Origin: Rhina ancylostomus
Taxonomy: Eukaryota
Direction: 5' to 3'
Assembly: GCA_030265395.1 (NCBI GenBank)
Contig: JARFYF010000002.1
Location: 62,848,586-62,912,585, forward strand
Length of the DNA: 64,000 nt
The notes beneath the pieces are model-generated. The model did not search any database. It worked only from the letters and a program-made list of their open reading frames with translations, and was not told the DNA's origin. Both the position numbers and the translations under genes were made by a program. Positions 52,345-64,000 of this stretch are shown in pieces; the stretch's first letter is position 1, and the number at the start of each line of letters is the position of its first letter.

Positions 52345-53585
52345 AGACAAAAAATAAGAGTAGGTCATTTGGCCCCTCGAGACTCTTCTGCTGTTCGACA
52401 ATATCATGGCTGATCTTCATCCTCAAACACCATATTTCTACCCTATTCAATATCCCTTGANNNNNNNNNNCCTGCAGGGTAGAAAATTCCAAAGATTCAC
52501 CAAATTTTAGAGTGGAGAAAACAATTACTTCATTTCAGTGAATAAGCTGGTCACGTTTTTACTTCTAGACTGTGACCCCTAGTTCTAATTTCCTGAGCCA
52601 GAGGAAACATCCTCCCTCTATCTATCCTTCTAACAATTTTGTACATTTCAATAAAGTCAGCTTGCATTCTTCTAAACCCAAAAGAATAAAGGCATAGCCT
52701 ACTCAATCTTCACTTGTGTGACTGACTTGCCATCCCAGGAGCCAATCTAGTGGACTTCCTCCAATGCAAGCGTATCCCCCTTTTTAAATGAAGAGATCAA
52801 AATTACTTGGGTGTCATCGCACAAAGGCTCTATGTAATTATTATTGTGTTCAAATCCCCTTGCAGTAAAGACCAGCATTCTATTTGCCTTCCTGCACCTA
52901 CACACTAGCTCTCAGTGACTTGTGCATAAGGGCCCTATTGAACATTAACGTTTCCCATCTCTTGCTATTCTAAGGTATTCAGAGTTTCTGGCTTTTTTTC
53001 CTACAGAAGATGTGCTTACATTTTCCCCATATTGTACTCCATCTGCCATTTTGTTGCTCACTCACTTAACTTGTCTATATCCCCTTGAAGCCTCAATGCA
53101 CCATCATCCCTTCTCACATTCCAGTTTGTTTTTGTTTTGTCATCAGCAGACTTTGACTTGTATTTGGCCCCCTTGATATAGCTTATGAATAACAGGAGCC
53201 AAAACACTGATCACTCTGCAAGCACAACCTGTTAAGCTGAGCAAGGCCTAATTTATGTCTACTTTGTTTTCTATCTTATAAACAACTCTCAATCCACATT
53301 AGCATATGGCCTCCATGTCCACGTGTTATAACCTTGTTCACCAGTGTCCTGTGTAGAGCCTAAACAAAAGCCTTCCAAAAATCTAGGCAGGCAACATCTA
53401 CATGTTCCCCCTCATTTATTTTACCAGAATAACCCTCAACATATTAGTCAACCATAATTTCCCTTTCAGAACTTCATGATTGAGCAGATTTGACATGATT
53501 TTATTTTCCAAGTGTCTTTATATCATGACCTTCATTGTAGATTCCAACATTTTCCCTCATGCTGGTTCCAAGCAAACAGGTCTGC
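52345..53585 (-). mobile_element. CR1 LINE, decayed RT and 3' end
   Basis: gagtaggtcatttggcccctcgag..atcatggctgatct (CR1 3' UTR reversed); aaagccttccaaaaatcta and tagtcaaccataatttccctttc (RT motifs reversed). Confidence 0.8.
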
Positions 53586-56500
53586 AGATAAATGTTTTCT
53601 CACTTGATTAGCTGTTGTCCTCTTGGTGAAACATTCTTTCCTGTTGCTGAAGCAACATTCAGTTACATCAGGAAACATCCTCCTTGTAACTGCAAAGTAA
53701 AATTGTGATGCGTTCTCTATTTTTCTTCTACAGTTCAGAGAAACTTGCATCTACTTTCAACTGTGCCTTTGCTTAGTTTATATAAGATCTCTCTTGGGCA
53801 TTATGCTGACCATTATGGCTGTTAATGGCAGGCAGGAAATGAGCTTGTGTTTCTGGTCATCATACGAGTAAAGACAAAAAAATTCTTTTCCTTTTTGTTC
53901 TCTCTCTCTCTCTTGTATGTACACACACACATCACAATGATACTTATTCCTTTACTCTATCATTTATGGCTGTCTTGTAGTATTTGATGGGTAAATGAAA
54001 AAATGTGTTTTCCAGCATGTGAAATGCCACAGCATAAATTTGTTAAATTTACCCAATTAATGTCACTTTTTTATTATCTCATTGAAGTAATATTAATATT
54101 CAGATCCTTAGAAGCTGTAAGCATTAATTTCCTGTTAAGTATCCCTTAGTGAATTAGTTAACCAAGCAAGCAATCCAGAACCAGACTAATTTGATTAAAG
54201 AAACAGAATTGAGGAATGCACCTTCTTCTATCCCTTTTGGTTGAGCCTTTAAGGTGAATTTGCGCCCCGAAATGCAGATAACAAAATATCATTCAGAAAA
54301 AAGATTTTCTTAATGAACTTTCCCTGTTTTGTTTATTTGCAAGTTACAAATTACACATACACACAAACTCATTTCCTTCCTTCTGGCTAAATATGAGAAA
54401 TGAACTAAATAGATTAAGAAACAGGAATGAAAATATCATTTGGGGATTATATTGGGTCAATTCTTAATGCTTTGCATTTTTGAGCTTTTGAAATATTATG
54501 AAGCAGGCTGTTGCCTGGAAATTTAATCACAAAGCACAGTTTTATTTCTCGGTGAAAATGTGATTGAAATTGTGTTTATTCCCTGGAGTGAAATAGGATA
54601 ATGTCATTTCCCCTGCAATTCTTTCCTTGAACTATTAAAGGGAAACTTAAACTCAGTTGTCTGAGGAATGCATGTCCCTCCCAGAATAACTATCTCTTCC
54701 TGTCACAAATCTGGATTAAGAACATTGAGAACACCCTCACCCATCACTGATGCTGTGTGATCCACAACACTCCTGGTCCTTAACCCCACTCACTCAACAC
54801 CACCACCGAGCCACCTCCAATCTTCCTAGTTTTTGACATTCATCATCTGGGAAGTGCATTTTCGTTTCCCAAAATATCAAGGCCTTGACCACAACTTAAA
54901 TAGTCATTTGCACCCTGTTGCAGTATAATTCTATCTTACCCATTTGGATGCACCAGAAGTTTGGTGACATTACCTATATTTTAAACAACTAGACAGTATC
55001 GGTTTGGGCTTGCAGGTTCCCTTTTAGCCTGTTGGTGCACTTTATTGGATTTTCTTATCATAGCTCCCATCAAACACTTAACAACAGAGTGACTGTTGGC
55101 AATTAATGTTGCATATTGCTCACTGTTGTTTGAGTTTAAGAATGGATTTATGTTTTAGTAACTAATTCACTCCTGTTTCTGATCTAGTTCAGTCTCACAC
55201 AACTTGAAAAATAATAACCTTACAATGGAATACAAATCATTACAAACCATGACACTCAGAATCCCAAATTTGGCCCTAAATATTCCATTTTCTTTTCAGT
55301 TTAACAATGCTCAAATATTTTATACTGTATTCAAAATGCTTTTAATTTGACAGAACTTCATTTAAAAGTTCTTTTGCTTGTGTGATCAGGATGTACACCA
55401 GACTATTTGTTAGTGAAGTATACTAATAACAAACTCCTGTGAGAGCATTTCCAAACCATAGCTGCCCAATCGCTCTTTAAAGTTCTTTTNNNNNNNNNNN
55501 NNNNNNNNNNNNNNNNNNNNNNNNNNNNNNNNAGCCAAACCAGCACAGGCATGACTGGCTGTTACTAATTGTGGGAAGGATTGTAGTGACAGGACCATTG
55601 GGGGAGATGGCAGCTGTTTACATCATGTGTACACAGCTTTGCATGTCAATCATTGAAGTTGGTTTGTAATGGAATTTTGGAATTCATCCAGGCATCTCTT
55701 AAAGAACTTTCTGCCAAATTCATGAACAGAAATAATCAGAATTTTAAGACAGGACTTGTGTTGGATGACCTGTGTTCCTCTAGATCAAAGTATTCAATAA
55801 TATTGTGGTTTAAATAGTTTCTTCATGAATCTCAAGTCCATATACCTTCTTTAAAGTTGATTACATTAGCACACGCCTTCATTGAGAAGGTAATCTGGCA
55901 GATAATGTATAGTGTGAAACATTCAAAAATCTTTCATAATCAATTGGTATCTTTTAAATATATAGGAAGTAATTGCTATTCTAATGCATCTTGTACAAAT
56001 ATAAAATGCTTTCAAAACCACGTGGACACAGGCATATGGACTATGTCCCTTACGGTTAAGCATTTTGTTGTTCAGAGTAATATTACATGTATTTTTTTCA
56101 GGTATTTGGAGAGATCTTTGAATTATTTTCAATCTTGAGACCTTCAGCATTGAATCAATATTCTCTACTGGGTATCTGACTCTGAGGAAAGGTGCCCATG
56201 TCTAGGGAAAGGAAAAGCTACTCTTTTGTTGCACTTGGTCCTTTTCTTAAAAACAAGATTCCCTGTCCTATTTAGAAAAACAACCAACTGCCTTAATCTC
56301 CAGTTAAATGCAGATGTGGGAATTCCCTTGGGAATGACAGTGGCAAGATTCCTTAAAGCTGCTGAAAGCCTTTAAGGTCTGCAGCAGCATGTGATTTCAC
56401 CTCCTACTCCACTGTCAAAATTGACAATCTACAAAACCCACGCATGACATTATTTCTGCAGCTTGCCTACAGTAATAAAATTAGACTTGTTTAATCACTT

Positions 56501-57299
56501 CCAAACTGGGCTTATTTTTATATGAAGTAAAACCACTGATTATCAGTAATATCCTGAGCAGAAGAAAAACTAAAGATAGACAATTTTATTTTTAAGTGAG
56601 AACTCTATCACTGAAGGGTTAATTATGCTGTTTTCTGGTTATATTTTTAAATTGCTGTTAATGTAATGTGAAGGTGTGTCATTCACTGTCACATTCAAGA
56701 TTTGCCTGTTAATACCTGTATCTCAGAACATGTATTGCTCAGGTCTGTCAAAATCAATTCATATACATGAATCAAAATTATTCCAAGACGTTTTACAGTT
56801 GAGGCTCAGCTGCAGTGGATTTGCAGCAGTTATGGGAGGTGACCTTTAAAAACGCACAGCCAATGAAGGCAAGGACAGCTGGACTGAATAGAGGGTACTG
56901 GAGTGGGGTTGAAGATGGTGGCAACTCTTCCAATCCAGGTGTACTGAGTGCTAAAGTGGGAAAGGTATATGACGTGAAATAATGCTGTGAAGGAGTTTTC
57001 AAAAGTGGAGATGAACAAAAACAAAGTGAATTATAGGTGAAAATAAGGAGTTTGAATTTAATACACTTGAGTGTCTCGTCATTATAATTAATTAGTTTAC
57101 TGAGGGTAGAGCTCAGAATACTGGTCTGGTGGTGATCAGAAAAACAATGTATGGTGATAGATGGGTGAATGAAGGTCTTAAGACGGTGGTGAAAATTTCA
57201 TGGGTGATTGGGTGAGTTTAGGATAGAAATGAGCAAATTTGTATTGGATTGCATAAAGCCAACAGTACGGAAACATCAATCAGCTTAACTGAAGTATAA

Positions 57300-58070
57300 G
57301 CAGCTAATGCTGGAAATACTCAGCTGACTGGAAAGCAGCCGTGAAGAAAGAAATAGAGTTAATGTTTCAGGTTGTTGACTTTCATTGGAACTGAGAAAAG
57401 CCGCATGTTTTAAATTGCAGAGAAGGGGAGGGTATAGAGAACGTTAGGAATCTGTAATAGGAAAGAGAAACCAAGTGTGACTGACTCTGAGATGGTGGCT
57501 GAGAGGTCGGTGAATAGCAGTTAGAGATCTTCCTGGAGAGGGGTAAAAGGGGGAAAATTGTCCTGGAACCCTAAGAAACACCAGAGAGGCAGAATACTGC
57601 AGATGCCGGCAATCAGAAGTTATTTTTAAAAAAAACAGAATGATGGAAATACCCATCAGGTCAGGCAGCATCTGTGGAGGGAAAAATGGAGTTAAAGCTT
57701 CTGGCTGATGATCTTTGATCATAACTGGCAGTCTGAAGTTGTTGAATTTGATATCTTGAGAGCTGTAATATTCCCTGACAGAAGTTGAGATGTTGTTCCT
57801 TAATTTTACTTTAGGCTCTGTTACAACTTTGTAAGAGACCAAAAACCAAGGTCAAGTTGAGAGTGGGATAGAGAATTAAAGGGACGGGCAACTGGAAACT
57901 CAGTGTCATTCCTGTGGACAGAAGTAGGTGTTCTGCAAAGTGTTTTTTTTCCCCCCCCCCCATTGTTTATAATGTAAGGGAGATTGGATAATGAACACCA
58001 AATGCAGTACACTAAATTGGAAAAGTGCCAAATAAATTGCAGCTTTGATTTTTTTTTGGATCCCTGGATG
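57300..58070 (-). mobile_element. Penelope-like element 3' fragment: GIY-YIG endonuclease remnant and two terminal repeats
   Basis: YCIWCS...LPYI...SVHRNDTEFPVARPFNSLSHS and ..KFNNFR match the PLE GIY-YIG pattern (VYCI.C..C..LYIGET...PVA.HFN); repeats at ~57305-57395 and ~57595-57730. Confidence 0.85.
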
Positions 58071-59359
58071 GTAGAAAGAGCAATATAGGATGGAGTTGTT
58101 TCAGGAAGCAGGGTGGAACTTCCTTCTGTTTCATTTCATTCAACCCTTTCGTCAAATATCCTTGTTCATGTCTAACTTTATCTTATCCAGCTTTCCCTTA
58201 AGCGCATTTNNNNNNNNNNNNNNNNNNNNNNNNNNNNNNNNNNNNNNNNNNNNNNNNNNNNNNNNNNNNNNNNNNNNNNNNNNNNNNNNNNNNNNNNNNN
58301 NNNNNNNNNNNNNNNNNNNNNNNNNNNNNNNNNNNNNNNNNNNNNNNNNNNNNNNNNNNNNNNNNNNNNNNNNNNNNNNNNNNNNNNNNNNNNNNNNNNN
58401 NNNNNNNNNNNNNNNNNNNNNNNNNNNNNNNNNNNNNNNNNNNNNNNNNNNNNNNNNNNNNNNNNNNNNNNNNNNNNNNNNNNNNNNNNNNNNNNNNNNN
58501 NNNNNNNNNNNNNNNNNNNNNNNNNNNNNNNNNNNNNNNNNNNNNNNNNNNNNNNNNNNNNNNNNNNNNNNNNNNNNNTTTATCTTATCCAGCTTTCCCT
58601 TAGGCGCATTTGTGTGTTGTTCCTCTATTGAATTCTACATTTCAATCCCTCTTTGACAAATTGTGCCCCATCCTTCTTTTCCAGTGAAAATGGCCCTTGA
58701 TTGGTGAGTTTTACCAGATGTGTATGTCCTCTGTTTGCTCTAATATTTTGTACTTGGTTTCCCCACATGTAATCTTTTCTTTTAAAAAAACTCTATTGAG
58801 ATTTAGCTTAAACAAGTGGATGCAGATTCATTTTTGTTAATCTACCTCAGTGATTTGATCATCAGTCTCATTCCTAATATTTCCTGAAAACTACCAACTC
58901 AAGTTCCATACAATTTAATCAGTGACTTCGAGAAATAGGATGGGAGGGTGATTTTAATCAACTATAGCAACTAATTGCCTTAATAAAATCACATGCTTNN
59001 NNNNNNNNTTGATCAGAATAGTACCATAACAGGTGAAGCCTGCTACATTACAAACTTGCTAATGCAGCTATATTTTCTGACACTCTCTAAAATGGTTGTA
59101 AATATTTTATTCATTCAGTGATTTGATTCTCTACATGTTATGTACTGTTAGCAATAATGTTGAGAGGTTAGGGCAGAATCTGTAGCCTCTTATTCATAGT
59201 TAGAAATTCCCAGTTCCATTTTAAAAAAATATAATTTGGAAATGTCTCCTATCTGGAAGTATAGACCATACTATATCCTTGGTCTTCTAACTTCATGGTC
59301 AGAAGAAAGAGCTGGAACTTCTTTACTCAACCTTTCTTGCTGTTTCAGATAATGGTGTT

Positions 59360-59712
59360 CCTGTACAGAAATTTATGTAACATCTTTCCGAGGAGCAGGA
59401 TTTCTGAAAGCATTTCAAAACTGATGGATTAATTTTATGATATCTACTATTATAATGTAGTCTAACATGACATATGAATAATTTACCCGCAGCAAAGCCC
59501 CACACACAATGAATAAGTGGCTAGTAATGAGATGTTGGTTGAAGGGCAGTATTGACCAGGATACTGCTCCACTCATTTTGAGCAGAGCCAAGACATTTTT
59601 AAAACCCTTCAAGGAAAGCCAGTAGATAGAATGTCAGCTAGATTCGGCACTTGGGTTTCTTGAATGGCACTTGAAACTATGAACTGCATTGCAGGTGAGA
59701 GTGCTGCTACAA
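59360..59712 (-). mobile_element. Deu-domain SINE (SacSINE1-like), decayed
   Basis: Reverse strand: tagcagcactctcacctg head, aatctagctgac, tcctggtcaatact..ccttcaaccaacatc, gtggggctttgctgcgggtaaatt. Confidence 0.6.
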
Positions 59713-60724
59713 AATATTTGACAGTAGGCATTCTCATTTTAGCAATGTATTTTACAAAATATCTGGTGTCAGATGGCATTTGTTCTTGGCAATTAGTGTT
59801 CAAAATATATCATTAAGTAATTGTTTTCACCATATTACATAGTTTAAAAATACTGAGCTAAAATTGTGAAATCTACTCTGATGAGAAAGTAAAATATGTT
59901 GAATGTTGCAATTTTATGAGATGTGATTCAACATTTATAAAAGATGTAATTTGGACATAGGATTTGTATACAATTAATAATCCACTATTGAATGGGCACT
60001 CTCCAAAGTAACATAAGTATTTTTTTTCCTGGGATAATTAAAAAGAAATGTGGGACGCCTCCTGCCTTTGTTTAAATAGGGAAACTACTAGCCTTTTATC
60101 TCACTGTTGTATCACAGTAAATGCAGCTATATGTTCTTTATTATGAAGAGAATATACATTACAAAAGGGATTATTTTTGTTTGGTTTATTTTGCTAATTT
60201 TGGATTAACTTTAAATCCCATACAAAAATCTGGCAGGGTAATAATCTTAACATTGTGCACAAAAACTTCTGTAACCCTTTAAAGTGTACGATATTTCTTC
60301 AATCCCTCCCACAAAATTTTAGCTCCTTGTAAATTTCCTTATTGACAGTTACATTTTGTCAAGAAATTATAAATTATCATGTTTGTCTAACATTCTAATG
60401 ACAGCTCCACTTCCTACTTTGTGACTATTACCAGTTACTTAATATAGTCATTGGTGCAGTAGATTTCATGCTTCAACCATGACAAAAATACTTGAACTTG
60501 ATCTACATTGAATTTTTTTTCTTCCTTCATCTTTGCAAGCAAGATAGGGCAACGGGTACAGAGGAACACTGTGATACCTCAGATGTAGGTTCAGAAAGAC
60601 CATATGATTTAAAAAGTAGAACAATTTAGTTGCTTGCTTTGCCTTTCTTTAGCATTCATGTTTTTGAGTTTGTGGCTCAGTCCAAGTCCAAAATACTTCA
60701 TTTTATATTTCACATTTTATTGCA

Positions 60725-60998
60725 ACATAGGAGGCCATTTAGCCCATCTACACTATACTGGCTCTCAGAACAATTCCATTAATCCCATGCCCCCACCCCA
60801 GCCCCCAAGGTTCTCTTGCCATCCTGCATTTGGGTTAATTTATAGTTGCCAGTCAGGCTACAAGCATGCCTTTGGGGAGTGGGAGGAAACCTGAACATGC
60901 AGGGGAATCTGTTCACAGGGAGAATGTACAATTTCCACACAGTTAGCACCCAAGGTCAACATTGAATCCAGGTCACTGGAACTATGTGGCAGCAATAC
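60725..60998 (-). mobile_element. V-SINE (HE1-like) with CR1-derived tail
   Basis: gtgggaggaaacc...cacagggagaatgtacaatttccacaca..agcacccaaggtc..attgaatccaggtcactgg is the V-domain plus tRNA head reversed; tail ggaggccatttagcccatc. Confidence 0.85.
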
Positions 60999-62448
60999 AG
61001 TTTTCGATATGCAGAGCTCTTCCTTACAATTTAGATTGTGCTTCCAACCTCCCTGCCTGCATGAATGAAGACCTGAAGAAATTCAGTGAACTTTCTTTTT
61101 GAAGGAGGGATTACTAACGTATTTTAATGGTGTATTATCAGAAAATTTGCAGTTGGGAGCTAATGGCTTGAAGATTCCACATGACTCATCCTTCAAATAC
61201 AGTTTACTTTGTAGCAGTGATGGATAAACATGATTAGTTCTGCTGAACTTTCTCTCATTACAAGGAGAATTAAGAAAGCTGCAAATAGGCCTTGTGCTTC
61301 TCAATATATTTTCAAACTAGCTTTAATGTTACCCTAACATTAACAACTTATCGCAGCAACCATGAAAATGTGAAAGATCCTGTTTAGTCAGCATCACAGC
61401 AATTTGAATTCAGATGAGTGCCTATGGGCTTAAAAAACTACTGTCATTGTAATGGATATCGTGACAACAGCTATAATAGACTACTGGTAAATTTGTAGCT
61501 GTGTATAATCTAGTTCATATTGTTTATAATACTTGGTAACCTTGTCAGTGGAGTTTTTTACTTTTTGTTTGTATTTCTCTCTTGCAGTCCCTTTTGTATA
61601 TTTTACAGTTAATTTTAACGTTACCTTCTGCCTTTTTGTCTCAGGTTCTGGAAAAAAAAGATGTTACATAATTTAAGACCTGAATCATAAAGTGCTTTAT
61701 AATCAGTGAAATACTTAAGTGTGGACTCTGGTGTAATATTAAGACACACATTCAAGTGGTCATTAATGTATTATTGCATTTGTCACTTTGTAGGAAGGGC
61801 AAAGATGGTGTGAGATACAGCAAAGTGTTTTCAAGTCCCAATAATGCTGCTTATCAGCACCTCCAGTGTTTGACTTAAACTATTTTATGCTGCCTTAGTT
61901 AATCCATTTACATTCACTATTATATACTCAATAGGGCTATCCTATGTAAAGTTGGTCAGTGGCTTCAAAAACATAAAAGATAATTATGAAAGGTAATTAT
62001 CATACCACTAACAATCATATTTCTAATATTCAGAACATAGGAACAACAAACATAATTACAGTTTAGTCAGCAATTTTAAAAACAAAGTGTTCTGTCTCAT
62101 TTGTGAAGATAAGAATTTGCAAAGCCTGTATATTCTCACTTATCACAAAAATCAGGGATTGGATTTTTAAATTTCTGATGGCAAAGTGGCCTTTTGAGCT
62201 GGAAACTTCTTGCATCACTGTTCTATCGTGGATTATTTGTTTCAATCTGATTCTAATGTGTTGCGGTCTCTAGCACTAAATGGAATTTAAGTTGTTTTGA
62301 AATGATTGACTTTTTGTATAACATTAATAAAGTTTTCAGTTTGTGACAATGAATTTGATTTTAGTTCTTAAGTCACTTTTCAAAATTCACTGGTCTGTTC
62401 AGGTGTTTGTTTCTTCTTTTTATGTTGGAGTCTTTTGTTCTTCTACAG

Positions 62449-62541
62449 AACATCTCTCGTATTATGAGAGAAACCTGCAGAATAACCGACCCATTACACA
62501 AACTATGTTAAACGTCAGAGCGTGCCTCCATTCTTTACCTG
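62449..62541 (+). other. Candidate 93-nt internal exon (UTR or coding)
   Basis: Strong acceptor tcttttgttcttctacag|, donor CTG|GTAACC, four CpGs retained; one open frame EHLSYYERNLQNNRPITQTMLNVRACLHSLP. Confidence 0.45.
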
Positions 62542-62567
62542 GTAACCTATTCCTTTGTGGTTTTGGA

Positions 62568-62878
62568 GAATGTTGGAAATATTCAAGGCCAGGAAGTACC
62601 AGTGGAGAAAGAAACAGTTAATGTTTTAGGTTAATGGACTTTGATCAAAACTAGAATAAGTTAGAAAATAGGCAAAATTCAAGTCGTGGAAAGGGGAGAG
62701 AGATGGAGAGAGCAAAAGGAGTATCTAGAACAAGGAGACAAAGATAGTGGATGATAGATCAGTCAGTGTTTGTAAAAGAAATGATCAGCATTTCAGGTCA
62801 ATAGCCTCATCATACTAAAGACCTGCTGAACATTTCTGGCAATTCCTATTTTTTTTATTTCTGGCATCTGCAGTTTTG
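62568..62878. mobile_element. Penelope terminal repeat remnants in inverted arrangement
   Basis: aatgttggaaatattca...gaaacagttaatgttttagg at the left; acctgctgaacatttctggca...ttctggcatctgcag at the right. Confidence 0.6.
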
Positions 62879-63084
62879 ATTTGGTGTGAGGTAAGGGAGG
62901 GTGGGAAGGGTTGTGTGATGTCAGTGTTTGTTTACTCAATCAAATTGTTGAAAAATTCGCTGTGGTTAATTCATTTCAAACTATTTTTATCTAATAAAAT
63001 GTGATACCTTGAATCTGCCACAAACTCCCAGAGTTCCTCTTTTTTTTGGATACTCCTCCCTATTCTTAATGGTTAAGAGATCTC

Positions 63085-63825
63085 AATTTAGAACTTCAAA
63101 TTGTGGGAAAAGTTAATTGGAGTAGGTTGTTTGCAGGCAAAGGGGCATCTGGCAGTTGGAAAGCTTCTAAAAGTAAGATAGAGAGTTCGAGATCTGTGTG
63201 TTCCTGTTAGAGTGAAGCATGGTAGGAGTAGGGAACCCTGGATAAAGAAGGATATTGAGATTCTGGTCAGGAAAAAGGAGTAGACATGGGTCAGGTACAG
63301 GCAGCTGGGATCAAATGAATTCCTCGAGAAGTATAGGGAATGCAGGAGTGTTCAGGAANNNNNNNNNNNNNNNNNNNNNNNNNNNNNNNNNNNNNNNNNN
63401 NNNNNNNNNNNNNNNNNNNNNNNNNNNNNNNNNNNNNNNNNNNNNNNNNNNNNNNNNNGGGTCAGGTACAGGCAGCTGGGATCAAATGAATTCCTGGAGA
63501 AGTATAGGGAATGCAGGAGTGTTCAGGAAGGAAATATACAAGTAGGGAATGCAGTGTTGAGTGATGAGTGTTCAGGAAGGAAATATACAAGAAAGAAAAT
63601 GAAAAGGCAAGGGGGGATGAGATAGCTTGGCAGAGAAGATTAAGGAGAATCCAAATAGATTTTGTAAGTACACTAGAAAGAGCATAGGGCCCCTCAAAGA
63701 CCAAAGTGGGCACCTTTGTGTGGACCTGCGGGAGATGGGCGAGGACCTCTAATATTTCTCCTCTGTTTTCACAGTGGAGACAGACATGAAGACTTTGGAA
63801 CTTCAGATATTTAATGGGAATGTCT
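63085..63825 (+). mobile_element. CR1 ORF2 fragment (linker between endonuclease and RT) with gap and internal duplication
   Basis: KVNWSRLFAGK, VPVRVK, REPW, LAEKIKENP and SVFTVE motifs, homologous to 31255-31680. Confidence 0.8.
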
Positions 63826-63829
63826 CCCA

Positions 63830-64000
63830 CACACAAAGCTATGCTGGCTATGTCTAATCAACTGCTGCTTTTCCAAATGCTAGCATATCTTATCCCTCAG
63901 AATCCCTCTAATAAATCACCTACCACAGACGTTAGGCTTGCTTGTCTATAGTTCCCAGGTTTTTCTTTGCAACCCTTCTAAAATGTAATGCGGACTATCT
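63830..64000 (-). mobile_element. CR1 RT fragment running off the window end
   Basis: Reverse strand PGNYRQASLTSVVG (NYRPVSLTSVVG motif). Confidence 0.75.

Noticed and set aside
56800-57060. CLHWL motif on the - strand suggesting an L2 LINE remnant
   Set aside because: Single short motif; not enough to list as a feature
61620-61700. Acceptor at 61644 followed by an ATG at 61661
   Set aside because: The ORF closes after 9 codons (MLHNLRPES*) and no clear donor follows
1-64000. Known miRNA, tRNA, rRNA, CRISPR or prokaryotic systems; a gene name for the 27-kb promoter
   Set aside because: None recognised by eye (not an exhaustive search); tRNA-like boxes belong to SINE heads; no confirmed coding exon to name the gene

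Overview
Draft vertebrate genomic DNA with many N-gaps, not prokaryotic. The repeat landscape (CR1/HER1-type LINEs, Rex1/Babar LINEs, RTE, HE1-like V-SINE, Deu-domain SINEs, Penelope terminal repeats) points to a cartilaginous fish, probably a shark or ray (inference). I see no intact protein-coding gene: the ORF track is decayed retroelement fragments, N-gap artefacts and chance ORFs. About 1-24 kb is repeat-rich sequence with nested retroelements, including a decayed Gypsy integrase plus probable 3' LTR. About 26.1-28.3 kb is a CpG-rich promoter with NRF1-like, CCAAT, GC-box and TATA motifs and three strong + strand splice donors, suggesting alternative non-coding first exons. It also has a - strand donor, suggesting a divergent transcript. 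The rest looks like a long first intron of an unidentified gene, with candidate small exons (41 nt and 93 nt), motif clusters, a 121-nt near-perfect hairpin and decayed Penelope hammerhead-ribozyme repeats. Nothing here demonstrates a new biological system. Repeat boundaries are approximate and family names come from remembered motifs, not database searches.
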